This document shows positions 25,393 through 38,721 of a DNA stretch of 64,000 nucleotides, in pieces (positions within the stretch are counted from its first letter, which is position 1; each line of letters begins with the position of its first letter). Both the position numbers and the translations under genes were made by a program. The DNA is taken from contig MU053881.1 of assembly GCA_013239625.1 (NCBI GenBank), positions 10,840,873-10,904,872 of the forward strand. Reading direction: 5' to 3'. This DNA is from Lama guanicoe. Lineage: Eukaryota. The notes under the pieces were generated by a model that ran no database searches, was not told where the DNA came from, and saw only the letters and a program-made list of their open reading frames with translations.

Positions 25393-26814
25393 AGCCAAAA
25401 TAAACATTTTTTTTAAAGAAACAAAACTCATGACTAAAAAAGACTATTATTGAAATAACACACAAGATAAAATTCCTATTCTGATAAGCATTATGAAAAA
25501 GAGTTACGAGGTGTTACAAAACTCTTGAATGAGATTGATCAAGTCTCTCAAATCAGAAAAAGGCGTATCTGATGAAGTAACAATAATGAGCAGGAGTTAA
25601 AGATGACTGAAAGTAGGGCGGTACAAATGGTTAAAAGAATGTAAGCTGTCAGTTGCAATTATTCAAGGATCTGGACTCACACACTGTTTAAAGTTACTTT
25701 TCTCTTTTACTAGGTAGCACTAGATGTTTAAGCAAATTTTCGTAAATGATGAAACTATTTATTATAAATATTAATAATATTAAATAAAATAAGGTCCATA
25801 GTAAATTTCAAGGGCAATGGAAAGACTTCCCTTTCTGGGAGACTAATAGATAAGAATCCAAAATCACAGCCACACTCATATACTTTTAAAGATTTGTTTT
25901 ATGTACAAAATTAACTGTCCTATAGGAGAAGTGAAAATTTAATGTAAATGCAATTATCAGTGGCTTTCTAAAGACCAAAGGAGAGAGAACAGATTATTTG
26001 TATATTGGGTGTCTGCATCAGGTTGGGATAAAAAAAAGGGGGAATTAGCCAATGCTGGGAAAACAGTAAATATCTGGCAAGGTAAGGAGTGTGAAAACAC
26101 ATTTCATCTACACCTCTGTTATGACTGGGAATTAATCTCACTCTTCTTCAAAAGTGGGAAAGATATATGAGGGCAAGGATTAAATGAGGGGTGCATTTAC
26201 CGCTAGAGATTACTGAATTAAATTCCAAGAGTCAAGTTTTCCTCTTTCAGAAGTACTACAGAAATAATCTTGGATTCTGGATATCTCCCTCCAGGAAGGA
26301 TTTAGTTTTGTTTGGGGGCAAGTGGTTACGGTAGGGGCAGATGATACTTGTCTTGTCAGGGCTTTGCTCGATCAGAGATGACTTTTAGTCTTTTAAGAAG
26401 ACTTGTCTATATTCTGCTTGCAATTGCCAACTCCTCATTTTATCCTTGACTGCCAAGCCATCACTCCAGATACAGTCACTGTGTGGTTGAAAACCCACAT
26501 GGCAAAATAATTGGTGGCTTAAAACTTGGTCATTTTGTTCATAGTTTCTTACTTGCTGCATTTGTGTTGATTTCAAGACTATTGTTAGAAACTAGGTACC
26601 GAACTTGTAGATCAAAATTTAGAAAAGTCCATTTTCATCCATTTTATCCCATTTCCAGTATGCCTTCTCCATGCTCTCTAGTGGTAATGCTGATACCTGC
26701 CTCATTGTTACAATCCAGATCTCTGTTTAATTACTAATGTAAAATACAATGTGGTCAATTCAGCTCCTTGGCCTACCTGCATCTTCGATCTGTCATACCT
26801 TTAAGGTATTCTTT

Positions 26815-27193
26815 CTTTTTAAGTGAGTAGACTGAATAAATGTTTTTTCTCCTTTCCCTCCAAAATAAAAGTAAAATTACAGTAAAATAATTTTTTTTTA
26901 AAATATCACACAAAAACAATTTGAGAGGAGGCAAAATCAGATGATAGAAGTTAGACCAATTTTGGAAGATGCAAAATGGATTGATATCTTAGTAGAGCGA
27001 AGAAAGCTAAAAATGAACTTTCTGGCAAGTGAGTGGAGAGAATGGGAAGAGAACAAGAAGTGGGCTACATGTGTTGCAGCACTAGGACAGTCAGCCACGG
27101 GATTCAAGACACTAAAGCTTAAGGCAAAGGCTTGGAGGATAGATGAAAACAGAAGGATTGGTTGAATGTCTGAATAAAAGAGTAGCTAAGCCC
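26815..27193 (+). mobile_element. HAL1 5' portion
   Basis: ATTTTGGAAGATGCAAAATGGA...GAAAGCTAAA...AAAACAGAAGGATTGGTTGAATGTCTG resembles HAL1. Confidence 0.55.
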
Positions 27194-27472
27194 TGCCTTA
27201 GGTGGGAATGGATTTTAAGAACAATAGCCTAAGATGGGGATTCCAATGCAAGTGATTCACTGAGGAGTGCTGGCAGGACAAACCTATAAGGAAATGAGAG
27301 CAGCAGGATAGAGCAGAGGATGAAGCTGAGCAAAATGTGGTTTTGCTGGCATCTAATTGCAGCCTGATCCCGTGGGAGGCTGTAGAGTGTGAATGGCATC
27401 ACTGTGTTTTCTCCCCTCCCCTCATGTGAATCATTCATTGGCTGAAGGGACTACCACCAGAGTGTGTGGGGT
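27194..27472 (-). mobile_element. LTR33-like ERVL LTR, first part (resumes ~28868-28965)
   Basis: TGCCTTAGGT...GGATTCCAATGCAAGTGATTCACTGAGGAGTGCT...CAGCCTGATCCCGTGGGAGGCT...CATTGGCTGAAGGG; continuation TCCCCAGGCCTTCC...CCGAAGAAGG after 28868. Confidence 0.65.
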
Positions 27473-27474
27473 CC

Positions 27475-28867
27475 GGACAAATATTTTCGAGAGAGCTGCA
27501 TTTACTTAAAATGTTTTACTTAAAAACATTATAAAATGCATGAGCTCATGTAAGGCATATTGATTTATCACTTAATATTTTGAACAGTGGAGTAAAATAT
27601 TATTTTATACACACACACACTTGTTTATTATTCATTCAGTGCACATGAAGATTCTTCATAGTCTTCAGGTACTATCTCTCCACCTCCAATTCCAGAATCA
27701 TCTATTCATGTTCTAGATTGTCAAATACATCATTCCTGGGTAATTCATACCTTTTACTGAGAGAAGAAGATAGCAATGCTGTTCTTCAGAAACTATTTAT
27801 ATTGAAACAATGTAAATCTTCTTACATCTATAGTTACTTACTATCATTTATTTAATTAAAGTCTAATCATTTCTCATGATACAGCATCAACCACTATGTT
27901 GTTCAGGAATAATGGATTCTATTGACTTTCTCAAAGGCGATAATGGTGTTTTCTTGATGGTGTCCACAAGTACAAGTCTGACCAGAGCATGTGAGAAAGT
28001 GTGAATGATAATATTTTTTCTTATCATGCTAGACTTGCCATTTTAGAACTTTAGCATAAAGATAACAAAGTCTGCTTTTCAACTGTGTCTTCTCTTGGGC
28101 TCTGTAGGCTATAATTGGTGTTTGTGGTGCTGACATTCCTGACTTCCACACCACCATCACCACCAGGAGGGACAGGAGAGGGGTCCACGGGCAGAGTGAA
28201 AAGAGCCATTCCACCAGCACAAGGGCTGTCCATCCTTTGCCCAACATGGCTGAAAACCAAACCAGGAGGTCACAACCTCACCATATAAGACAGAGGCAAG
28301 AGAAAATACTGATTAGAAGTCCCCACTGGATTGCAAAAGTCTTGAACATCTTATGAGGAGATCGACAGAGGCACCAGAAGACCACGAGACATGCAGTGTA
28401 GATTCTGCAGCAGGTGGATGACCCTGGCCAAGTGTGAATAAAGTAAAGAACACCAACTGTCACCCTACCATCACTGGAGGCTGTAGATCAGAGGGAACAC
28501 TGCGGTGGGAACACGGACAACAAGAGGCAAGACACAGGCTCAAGCTCACAGGTCAGTGATAAACCACTGGCAGCGAAGAGTTCTGATCTCATCCTGTGCC
28601 TGATGTGAGTAAGGGTCACCACAAATGAACATGTTGGTACCATTTTGGTGGCCCAAACACACATGATTTTATGAAAAAAATATTTTTCTGGTCAGTGGGA
28701 ACTGGGGTCATCCCAGGGCTCCTCAGCTAAGGAGCCCTGGGATGGCCCCAGAGGCTTGAGTCCTGGATTTCCTCAGGGTATCTGGCTGACTTCACATGAG
28801 TGGGTGAGGAAAGTGCCCCACAGTGCAGAAATGGAGTATAGATCTGGAGTCCAGGCTCAGGGTCCTC
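27475..28867. mobile_element. Unclassified ~1.4 kb insertion, possibly an ancient DNA transposon
   Basis: Splits the LTR33-like element; AT-rich left half, GC-richer structured right half; no clear TIRs. Confidence 0.3.
28702..28751. repeat. 50-bp near-perfect palindrome
   Basis: CTGGGGTCATCCCAGGGCTCCTCAGCTAAGGAGCCCTGGGATGGCCCCAG: 23 of 25 symmetric positions are complementary. Confidence 0.95.
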
Positions 28868-28984
28868 TACATCCCCAGGCCTTCCTGGATGTTTCTTCTG
28901 GCTCCAGGCAGTTCAAGCCATGAGAAGGAGATTCCTGCCGAAGAAGGTCCCCGACAACACAGGGGACTCTCAGAACACTGGCAT

Positions 28985-29850
28985 TCACATCTCCCCTACT
29001 CTCAAGGAAAAAATACTGTCCTATTCCTCTCTTTGGAAGCTGAGAATGCCCATATATGAGGTTTTCAGATATCAAAGCTTGGGTGGTTCCCAAGAAAGTG
29101 GTCATGTCCCCACTATGAATCCACACCAGTAAACAAAGCTTGTTCTTGTACATGGAACATTCAACCTTTTATATCGTTTCTCACTGTTAAATGTGAATAA
29201 AGTCAATAGTCAAAATTCAAAATCTCCTATTAGGAAAAAAAACCCAGCAAAAACAAGCTAATTCAAAGAAACTGAAGGCAACAGATAATGTAGGGAATGC
29301 TAAATACTTCAAAATCAATATTTTCAGTTTACTCAGAGAAACACACACACACCAACGCTGCATATGAATGACAACAAAAAACAAATATATAAAGAACATT
29401 CTGAATACAAGGAGGAGTTTGTTTAAATAAAAATAATAGCACAAGTAGAATAAAAAGTAGATTAAAGGCTTAGAAGCAAAATGGAGGAACTCCCTCCCAA
29501 AATTGAACTCAAAGACAAAGAGGTAGAAAATAAAAGACAGCAAAAAAAAAAAAAAAATCCCATAAAAATTATGAAATGAGGGGATTAACAAGGAGGGGTA
29601 ATGCCCAGTTAAAAGAGATTACTAGTAGAACTAGAATGAAGTAAATTAACAGGTAACAGTAATAAAATATGATTCGTCAGCAGCAAAGGATATAAACCTC
29701 TAAATTGAATTGCAAAGGACATATGCCAAAGCATATTATCAGGAAATATCAGAAGAAAAAGTCTTTAAAACTTTCCAGCCTGTAAACAAATGAAATGTAA
29801 CAAATAACAAGGATTATATTAAAGGATTTCATGTCAGAGTAGCATCAGAG
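28985..29850 (+). mobile_element. HAL1 continuation (ORF1-like)
   Basis: CTCACTGTTAAATGTGAA..., GGCTTAGAAGCAAAATGGAGGAACTCCCTCCCAAAATTGAACTCAAAGACAAAGAGGTAGAAAAT. Confidence 0.6.
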
Positions 29851-32800
29851 AGTTCCACTCTCAATCAGTGCTGGATTGTTCCACAGCTCATTACGAAACG
29901 CATTACCTTACTTCCGCCTATGAAGTAGATGCTAATTTTCAAAAGGATTACACCTTACCCCTTTAGAATTCATTCAGAAGCCTCACATACTGGCTGATAT
30001 AACATGTGTGAGACACTTGGACTTGGATTAATAAACAATATTTTCAAAGATGAGAAAGAGGCACATTTTCATCTTGTTAAATTAAAACAGGTGATAGACC
30101 TATATAATAAGAGGGAGACAAGTAAACGTAACAATTTTACCAAGGAGAATACATCAAGAAATGCTGATGAGGTATGACTCTAAGAAGCCAGGCGTAGTCT
30201 GTAAAACTGAACTGACTTCCTCCTTGATGTGAAGAAAAATCAGAAAAAGGATAAGACAATTAGGAGTTCAAGGAATCATGTCTAAGACTTCAGTGGCGAA
30301 TGGATAACTCAGGGAACAGCAAGAACATTGTTCTGGAGAAGCATTAATTATATTCAGACTTGGAAAGCTACATTGTAGAAAGGGAAGGATCTAGATAAAA
30401 TCCTCAAAAGCCTGAAAAATTCAGTTTAAACCTTAACTCTCCTTTGACATCTGTTAGTTTAAGAATTAAAACACTCCATTAGGTATTAACAACTTCGGAT
30501 GCCTTTTCAGTTCAAAAATACAGGCTGCTACATTACTGAAAGAAGAAATGCCGTGTGCGCACACATATACATGATCCATAATCCATTAAGCTACTAAAGT
30601 GTTCGATGTATTTTTCTACCAACAAGCTGGCTTTCTGGTTACCTACATGAAAACAAAGATTCACTTCTCAGAGCCTAAGGCCTGATTTACTCCATTCAGC
30701 CCCCCGTAACAAAGTGTCCCCGTTAAAAGGGCAAGTATTTGGCTTTCCACTTAGATTTAACATTACTGACTATTTCCCTTTTATTGGTGTTTTTCCATTG
30801 CCTGAAACCTGCGAAACTTCTTTTTCCTTTTAGAAAAGAAAGGATATGGAAGGCAAAGATGTTATTTGGGCTTTATGAGGCTGGACATTAAAACCCTGTG
30901 GGCAGCATTATCGTTAGTCTTGAGTGGTTTCCAGGCACTTTTAAGAACCAGGGGCCCAGGCTATAAACGAGGGTCTAGAACTTCTCATACTTCTTATAAA
31001 TTGTAGTAGAAATGTATCATTTTGAAATTTAAAATCACATTTGGACAATGTGATCACATTTGGTTAATAAATAGTAAGCAATCTGACATACGTTTATGAC
31101 TCTATAGCACATTTCACTGACAAATCAGAATACGTATTTTTCCCAAATGTTGTTTTAAATTATATTTTAACGGATATTTGGCTGAACTGCTCTTTTGTGG
31201 GGAGAGAAGACACAGATATCTTAGAATTATGCATTTGCAAACAATTTAAAACAATATGTGGACTATCAGATTAAATTAAAAATAAAGTATTTTAGCATGA
31301 AGTATATATAAGACCATAAATTATGAACTTAGTAGTGTGGTCTGGCGTGTTAGGCCAATCATCAAGGCAAGTGTCAAATTCCACTGCGAGAAATCCAGTT
31401 TAGCTGTTCAAACCATTTTCTTACCCTAGCAGTAGTCAAAAGTATGTTTTAATTTAAAAGTTACAAGATTTAGGGGTGGAAAGGACCTTGCTGATAATCC
31501 TGCCAGCATCACCACTTGACAGAATGGGAAACAAAGGCCTTCAGTGAGTCAGAATCTCATCTTTTGCAAAGCACAGTTTTACACGTTCATCTAGCAGTTG
31601 CTAGTGTTGACATTTACAATATTTCAAATATCTGATTTGACTGATTTTTCTACATTTGACTCCCTATTAGAATTGACTTATTTGTAATCAATATTCAAAC
31701 AAATCTGGGAAAAAACAGATCAACAATTACTCTATCCTCTAAAAGAGATCTTGCAGAAAATGTTCACTGAGGTCAAATTACCCTTTTTGGCTCTCCGATT
31801 TATCAGTCTCACCAGTAAACGACAACTTCCCACTTCATTTAACCTGCCTCAAAACGGGCCAACGGTAGGAAAAAATTGTGTCTTTTCACAATACGTGACT
31901 CCATAGACAACAACTAGACACCTAGGAAAAGCCATGAATAAATAATAACTCTGTAAACCAAATTGGCATATAATGTTAAAAGAGGAAAATAAGAAAAAAA
32001 AATTACAGGCTGAGCCAATACTTTTCAAGCAGAATTAAAAGAAAAACAAAAACAAAAACAAAAAACTGTCCATTCTTGCTGAACCCAATTTTGTCTCTTG
32101 CCCTATTTGCTGGCAACGTGTTTAGAGTCTGTCTTTTTGTGTGTGCGTTTTGCTTTATTTCTCTTTATTGTTAGCAGCCTTACCCATTCTTCTAACAATA
32201 GAAATCTCAGGAGAACATTTTCTCTAATCCTACTCCCAACTGTTAGTTTGGTTGTTTATCTACTTTCTTGACTCACAGCCCAAACCTTCTGTATCGGTCT
32301 TGTTCCCAACAAGGGGAGCAGGAAGAAGACTCGTATGGCATTTTTAGAGCCATTTGTTATTGTGGCAGCGAAGAATCTGTAACACCCTGCACAGATTGTC
32401 AGTTTGTCCTATGATGAGAGGAATGGTAGTTAGATAAATAGAAAAATGTGTGGTTTGCTTTCTAAAAACTCGGGTGCATTTTTACAACCATGATGGAAAT
32501 GAAAGCGAAAAGAACCTGGGAAAGGAGAGTTTGGAGGAAAGGGTTATATCTTCCCTTTTGTTATAAATTTTAATCTCAAAGAAGACAGGAGAATGAGTTT
32601 TTACAGTTTTGTATCTGTTCATTGAATGTGTCTGGCTTGTAAATAACCCAATTTACAGGTTCTCAATGCCTGATCAATGCAACATCACCCTTTTCAGTTT
32701 CCTCATCTACAAAGAGAGGAACTAGAGGGAAATTAACACAAAGTAACCTTCCAGCTCTACCATTCTGTGAGATGCTCTATTAAATCAATAAAATAAAATA

Positions 32801-32929
32801 AATGCCATTATTTGGCTTCATTAAAAAGAACATGATAAACCATTTTTACTCTTTCTTACTGGAGCTGAAATTCTTAGCTGCTGAAAAATTTCTTCATGCT
32901 ATTCATTTCAAAATGAGATTTACTTCACT

Positions 32930-33420
32930 TGGCTGTAGTTAGTTTTAAAGCATAACTTCCTTTATCCAATGTTTTCTTTTGTTAATTTTTCAAAAGTTAT
33001 ACTAGTACATTGCAGAAAGTTGGAAAATAATTTTTTGGCAAAGGACTTGACATTTTTAATAAACACAAAGATAACTTTAGTATATTTTCCACTGTCTTTC
33101 ATATTCAGTTTGCATATTTATAGTCACGAGAAAATTATACAATATAGCCTATATTTCCACATAATATTATGTAGTAAGTATTTTCCATGTTGCATCACAC
33201 AATTTTCAATGCAATTATTATTTAAGTAGTCAAAATGGTCTAACTATCGAAAGGACACACCCAAGTTTTCTGGTCTGTTTCATAGTGTTGGACATATAGA
33301 AGGTTTACAACTTTTTACTAGTTAAAAAGATGGTTCAGTAAGCAAGTTTGTGCAACTTCTTCTCTTTATTTAAGATGATTTTGCATTCCTTGCTAAAGAC
33401 ATTTTGCATAAATTTAAAGT
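32930..33420 (-). mobile_element. L1ME-like 3' remnant
   Basis: GTACATTGCAGAAAGTTGGAAAATA, TGTTGGACATATAGAAGGTTTACAACTTTTT. Confidence 0.45.
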
Positions 33421-34324
33421 AGTTACAAATTCACGGAGTCATGAATTGTCACCTGCTCTGCCCTCTCCCTAGAGCACTCCCAGCCCCCTTGCTTTGATAG
33501 TGTAACTTACAAATTGTCTCTAAGCCTCAACCTAAAATACCACTTCCTTAGGGAGTCCGCGCCTGAGACCCCACACCATAGGTGGCTCCTACTATTAGGT
33601 ATTTCCACAGTACTTCTCTCTGATGTAACTAGATGTCACATGTTTAATATAAGTCTTCTGTAACACTTAATTAAAACTCAAATAGGTTTAATATAAACGG
33701 CCACAGCCCCAACAGAAATGACTCTTTGCATTTGAACCAGTGAGTTAATAAAATAAAGACAACCTTTTTTTAACCCCTCTTAATTCACCAGTGGTGGTTT
33801 TTTTCTTTCATACAATCTTTCCCAAATTTCCTAGCTGGATCCAAGTACACATTAGAAGGCCACTGCATTGCTTGGAAGTCTCTGGAGAAAATGTCCACAT
33901 ACTGGCGACAGAAGCAGATAATAAAGTCCATAGTGAAAAGTAAACATTTTAGAGAAATTCAAAATAAGAAGGATATCACACGAATGCATTTTAGAGAGAA
34001 TAGGAGTATTTAAGTGAGCTGGCTTCCAAACATGAGCTGTCAAAACAGCAACAAAAAATGAAAATTCACGAAGTGTCTTGGCATCACGTGCCTGTGTTTT
34101 GTACAAGACTTTGCACAGAATCTCAGGGTTACCTTCAGGCCACTCTAGGGTGTGAGGGGAAGTCTCAGTGAAGTGGGCTGTCCACATCTCTTAGCATATT
34201 TTCACCTTTTTTTTTAATACTGAAATTTAAATGTAAAATTTTCTTGGTAAAAAAGAGTTTCTGCCACTAATCTATTTTTTTTTCCTTTAAGGATTTGAAA
34301 CTAACTGAATATGTGACTAAATAT

Positions 34325-34800
34325 TTAATCTCATTAATTCATTCCTAAAATGTTTACAAACACATCGTGTGGCTAGGAAATGTCATACTTAATGGAAATA
34401 CAAAGTGAGTTAAAACATGACTGTCACAAACAAGAGACAAACATGGATATTTTGTTGATGATACATTGGAGGTATTAAGTGCTAAGTGCTGTGGGAACAT
34501 GGGAATGATGCTGTCTTGAAAAACTAGTGAAAGCTTCCTATTTGAACATGTTCTTGATGTACAAATAGAGGACTTCAAAGTAGAGAAAGTGTGCAAGGGC
34601 ATTTAAGGCAATGAGGCAACTCCTGGGAAGAACGTAGCAGAAGAGCAACAATTCATGTGAAAGACATAGACAAACTGTGAAAAGTTCCCTGTGGCCAAAG
34701 TCTAAGATTTCTGATCTGCTGTTGGAAGAGGTAAGTTGGAAGACGTACTTTGAGGCCATAATTTGAAGTAATACAGGTTCTGGGAATGCCATGAAAGCAA
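34325..34800 (-). mobile_element. L2 fragment
   Basis: ATTAATTCATTCCTAAAATGTTTAC..., TAAGTGCTGTGGGAACATGGGA resemble antisense L2. Confidence 0.5.
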
Positions 34801-35109
34801 CAAAAATAAAAATAAAAACAAAACAAACAGACAAACAAAAACTCAACACTGAACTAGGAGATGGAGTCTTAGGTTTTATGTTAGTAGAACCACATGGAAC
34901 CATCAAAATAAATACAGATGAGAATCAAGGAAGACTCAGATTGCAAGAGGTATACAATAAGGTACTGAATGCAGAATAAATTGGTGAGCAATTTCTGAAA
35001 CAGATTACATAGAACTTTGTGACTGTTTGTGAGTGGCAAAGATGAGACAAGCATGATTTTAAACAATCTAACTTGAAAGGGAATTCTGCAGGGTCCAAGA
35101 AAGGTAATA

Positions 35110-35330
35110 AACAGAGTAACTTAGGAGACAGACCTAGGTTTGAACACTGACTCAAGTCCATCTGCTATTCAAGTGATTTTAGGCAAGTCACTTCACCTCT
35201 CTAAAATTCAAGCTCCTATACTGATTAAAACAAATGCTTTTGTGAGTATTCAAAGAAAAGTCTGAAAATGTTCCACACAATGTCTGGCACTCTGTTACAT
35301 GTCCATTAAATCTTTAATATTACCATTGCT
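35110..35330 (+). mobile_element. MIR SINE
   Basis: GACAGACCTAGGTTTGAA...TTTAGGCAAGTCACTTCACCTCTCT...CACAATGTCTGGCAC. Confidence 0.7.
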
Positions 35331-35609
35331 GGTTCAGAGGCCAATGTTTAATGTAAATTCATAAGATTCCCCATTCTTTTTGCAAAGGTGCTGACCTTTC
35401 CATCTCCAGTAGATTAGATGTGAGGATCCAGACATGCACATGATGATCTTCCTCCTGTTCTTCCACTGTTCCAACTAAAGGGATTTCAATGGATTTAGCA
35501 AATATTTATTCAATAACGGATACAGGTCTGGTACCCGTCCAGATGCTTGGGACACCTACAGTAAAAGGGCAAATTAAAAAAACAAAAAAAAAGGCAGACA
35601 AAGCAAGTA

Positions 35610-36590
35610 AGATTTTTTTTTTCCAAAGAAGACAAGCCAATGGCCAACTGGTACAGGAAAAGGTGCTCGATATCATGAATCATCAGGGAAACAGAAATTA
35701 AAACCACAGTGAGCTATGACTTCACACCTGCTAAGATGGCCAATAGCAAAAAGACAAGAGATAACAAGTGTTGATGAGGGAGTAAAAGGAACCCTGGTGC
35801 ACTGCTGGTGGGAATGTAAACTGGTGCAGCCACTCTGGAAAACAGTATGGAGGCTCCTTAAAAAATTCAAAACAGAGCTCCCACATGATCCAGCAATCTC
35901 ACTTTTAGTACGTATCTGAAGGAAACAAAATCACTATGTCGGAGAGATATATGCATCCTCAAGTTCATTGTCAGATTATTTACAACAGTCAAAACAAGGA
36001 AACAACCTAAATATCCACATACAAATGAATAACTAAAGAAAACGTGGTGTATACATATATAATGAGGTACTACTCAGACCAAAAAAGAAGAAAATCCTGC
36101 CATTTGTGACACCATGGATAGACCTTGAAGGCATTATTTTAAGAGAAATAAGCCAGACAGAGAAAGACAAATACTGTATGATCTCAGTTATATGTGGAAT
36201 CCTAAAATTAAAAAAAATGAACTAATAGAAATGAAGGACAGATTGGTGGTTGCAACTGGTTGCAGCTGGAGGGAGGTGAGGGTAATGAGTGAAGCTAGTC
36301 AAAAGGTACAAACACCCAGCTTCAGGATTAATAAGTTCTGGGGATGTCATGTACACAATGTTGACTATAGTTAATAATACTGTATTATATATTTGAAATT
36401 TGCTAAAAGAGTGAATCTTAAAAGTTCTTTACCACAGACAAATATAATTGTAACCATGTGAGGTCATGGAAGTTAACTAAACTTACTGTGGCAATCATTT
36501 CAATATACATATATATATGCATCAAATCATTATGCTGCACACCTAAACTAATACAAGGTTACATGTTAATTATAATTCAATAAAAATGGG
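35610..36590 (+). mobile_element. 5'-truncated L1 (L1MA-like; ORF2 C-terminus plus 3' UTR)
   Basis: ORF 35716-35919 [40 protein letters not shown] is the L1 ORF2 C-terminal region; 3' UTR ends TCAATAAAAA. Confidence 0.93.
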
Positions 36591-38045
36591 CGGGGGAGGG
36601 TAGAACTTGTCCAGGAAAACATAAAAAAGCAAGCAAGCAAATAAAAATACTTTATTTCTGAACTTGCTTAAGAAAACAATGTAAAGAAAAAAAAGAAAAA
36701 AACCCTGAATCATATAAAACAATTAAAAACACTTGGAAAATGAAAGTGGTGGTCCTTCAGTAGGATGGCCAGGAATGATCTCTTTGAGGCGCTCTGAAGA
36801 GGAAAAGGATTGATATTGCAATGAATATAAATCCCATAAGATGACCTTACATGAGACAATATGCTGAACTTGTCTTCAGGAAAAATGGAAGGAGCTAATC
36901 TGGACTTATCTGTAATACAGGGGTATGAAGTCAAAGTTTTTTCCATGAATATCACATCTCTTCTTCCCCTCCAGGTGTTGAGCTCTCTCTTTCCATATTT
37001 ATAATTTTTAAAACAGAACAACCTGGATTAGCTGCCCTCAAGCTTTGTCTTATAATATTTTATCTTGTCCTTTTTACTAGTTGATACGTAGAATTTATGG
37101 GATTTTTGGCATTTGTCCCATCCACTGAAGCTAAATGAGGACCCGCCGAAACACCAGGGAAGCACAAGAAAGATGCTTAAGTCCATCAGTAATTTTACGA
37201 GTGTTTAAATAAGATAGGAGACGTTCAAGGGCAAAGTTCCAAATAAGGAGTGAAAAACAGCAGAGGCAAGCTGGTAACTCTCCCTCTCCCAGTCCTCCTG
37301 TAGTCATCCTGCCAGGATGCTGTAGGGTCTAGAAGGACTGAAAGGTGACAATGGGAAAAGAATCTCCTGTAGTTTACATGTAACTTGTCCATAATTCAGT
37401 TCTCAGTCCAAAGCCAGAGATGTCCAAGAACCGTGTCATCAAAAAAAAAAACTCCCGAATTTCTATTTATTTGCAGTTATTTATTTGCAAAGAGAATAGT
37501 TTACAGCCTGAATCTCATAAGCTATTCAATAAACAGGTAGTAATTGTAATAACCCAAGAATGAAGAGATCTCTATTTCTATGTTTATTTTATTTTGAGTA
37601 TTGAAAATAGATATGTCTATGTATTTTAAGGTAGTTCAAAAGGTAAGTATGTTAGATACTGCTTTGCTTGAATTATCACATGAATGTCTGTCTCTTATAT
37701 ACTCTGTGTAAAATTGTGGTTCCCCCAAAGTCAAGCGAAGCTAACTGTTCCACAAATTTCCGGAATCTGACCCTCGTGGTAACATTTAACAGGAGCACTT
37801 CGTTTGTTTCTGACATTTTATCAGAACTGAAACTGCTTAATTCACACAGTACTGAATTTAGCCCTTCTTTTGTAAGTTTCAGCAGACAATACCCAAAGGG
37901 TGAGGTGGCTGTTGGCCTCAATGACTGATTTCTACTCAATGAGACATAAAGGAATAGAACTCCTGGGCAACTTGATATGGAATGTGTCATCCACAGGTCA
38001 ACTGGCTGCAACCACCCAAACTCATTTGTTTAGGCCTGATTAAGT

Positions 38046-38059
38046 CCAGCAGGGGGAGT
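38046..38059 (+). promoter_or_regulatory. CTCF-like motif
   Basis: CCAGCAGGGGGAGT versus core consensus CCASYAGRKGGCRS; binding not shown. Confidence 0.45.
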
Positions 38060-38197
38060 ATGAAAATGAATTCAAAAGGATCAAATAAGAGAGAAGTATC
38101 AGGAAAACCAAGTCTCATATGCTTTCATTTCCTCCTACAATAGGAAGCTGTTGCCCTGTGCTGTCAGGTTCATGAACTTGCTAACAGCTTTTTATAG

Positions 38198-38341
38198 GAA
38201 CAGTACGTTTTCTACATTTGATGTAAAAGAGACACATCTGAGCGTTCACCAGTGTCCACTTGTATCCTGGATTGCGGCAGCATGGAACTCTTCACGGCCT
38301 GACATTTTAAAACTGGCCTTGGACACAACGCTTTGTGTGAG
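38198..38341 (+). other. Candidate internal exon (144 nt), probably of a non-coding transcript
   Basis: Branch-like CTAAC plus CTTTTTATAG acceptor; GAG/GTAAAA donor; one frame open. Confidence 0.3.
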
Positions 38342-38721
38342 GTAAAATGACTCCACTCCCAAGCCTGCCTTGAAAAGGTTGACAAGATAACCCAAATGAG
38401 ACCATGTTTCACTGTCTGGTTGTCATTGTATGGCAGAGTGCAAGTTGAGTCTGTGGGGGGAAGTGGGCTCAGGAAAGAAAGGGATAAAGCATGCAATTAA
38501 AGGATAAAGCACGCATATTAATAAGAAAAGACTACTTTTCTTTGATAAATAAGGTCTTTTTTATCAATAATAAGGGACAAATTATAATTTAATAAAGTAT
38601 TATTTCTGCTTTAAATACTGAAAGCATATAAATACTATAGCTTTTACTGGTCTTTTTGTGTTCCATGGGTCTTTTGGACATTTTGGGAACAAATGGGCTC
38701 AAAGTAGATGGAGGGTCTATG

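Noticed and set aside
28030..29220. Processed pseudogene (GC-richer sequence, AATAAA near 29196, A-run)
   Set aside because: No recognisable protein; the AATAAA region matches HAL1 and 28868-28965 matches the LTR33 continuation
32280..32430. Possible + strand exon after TTTCTTGACTCACAG
   Set aside because: Weak donor, frames close, peptide unrecognised
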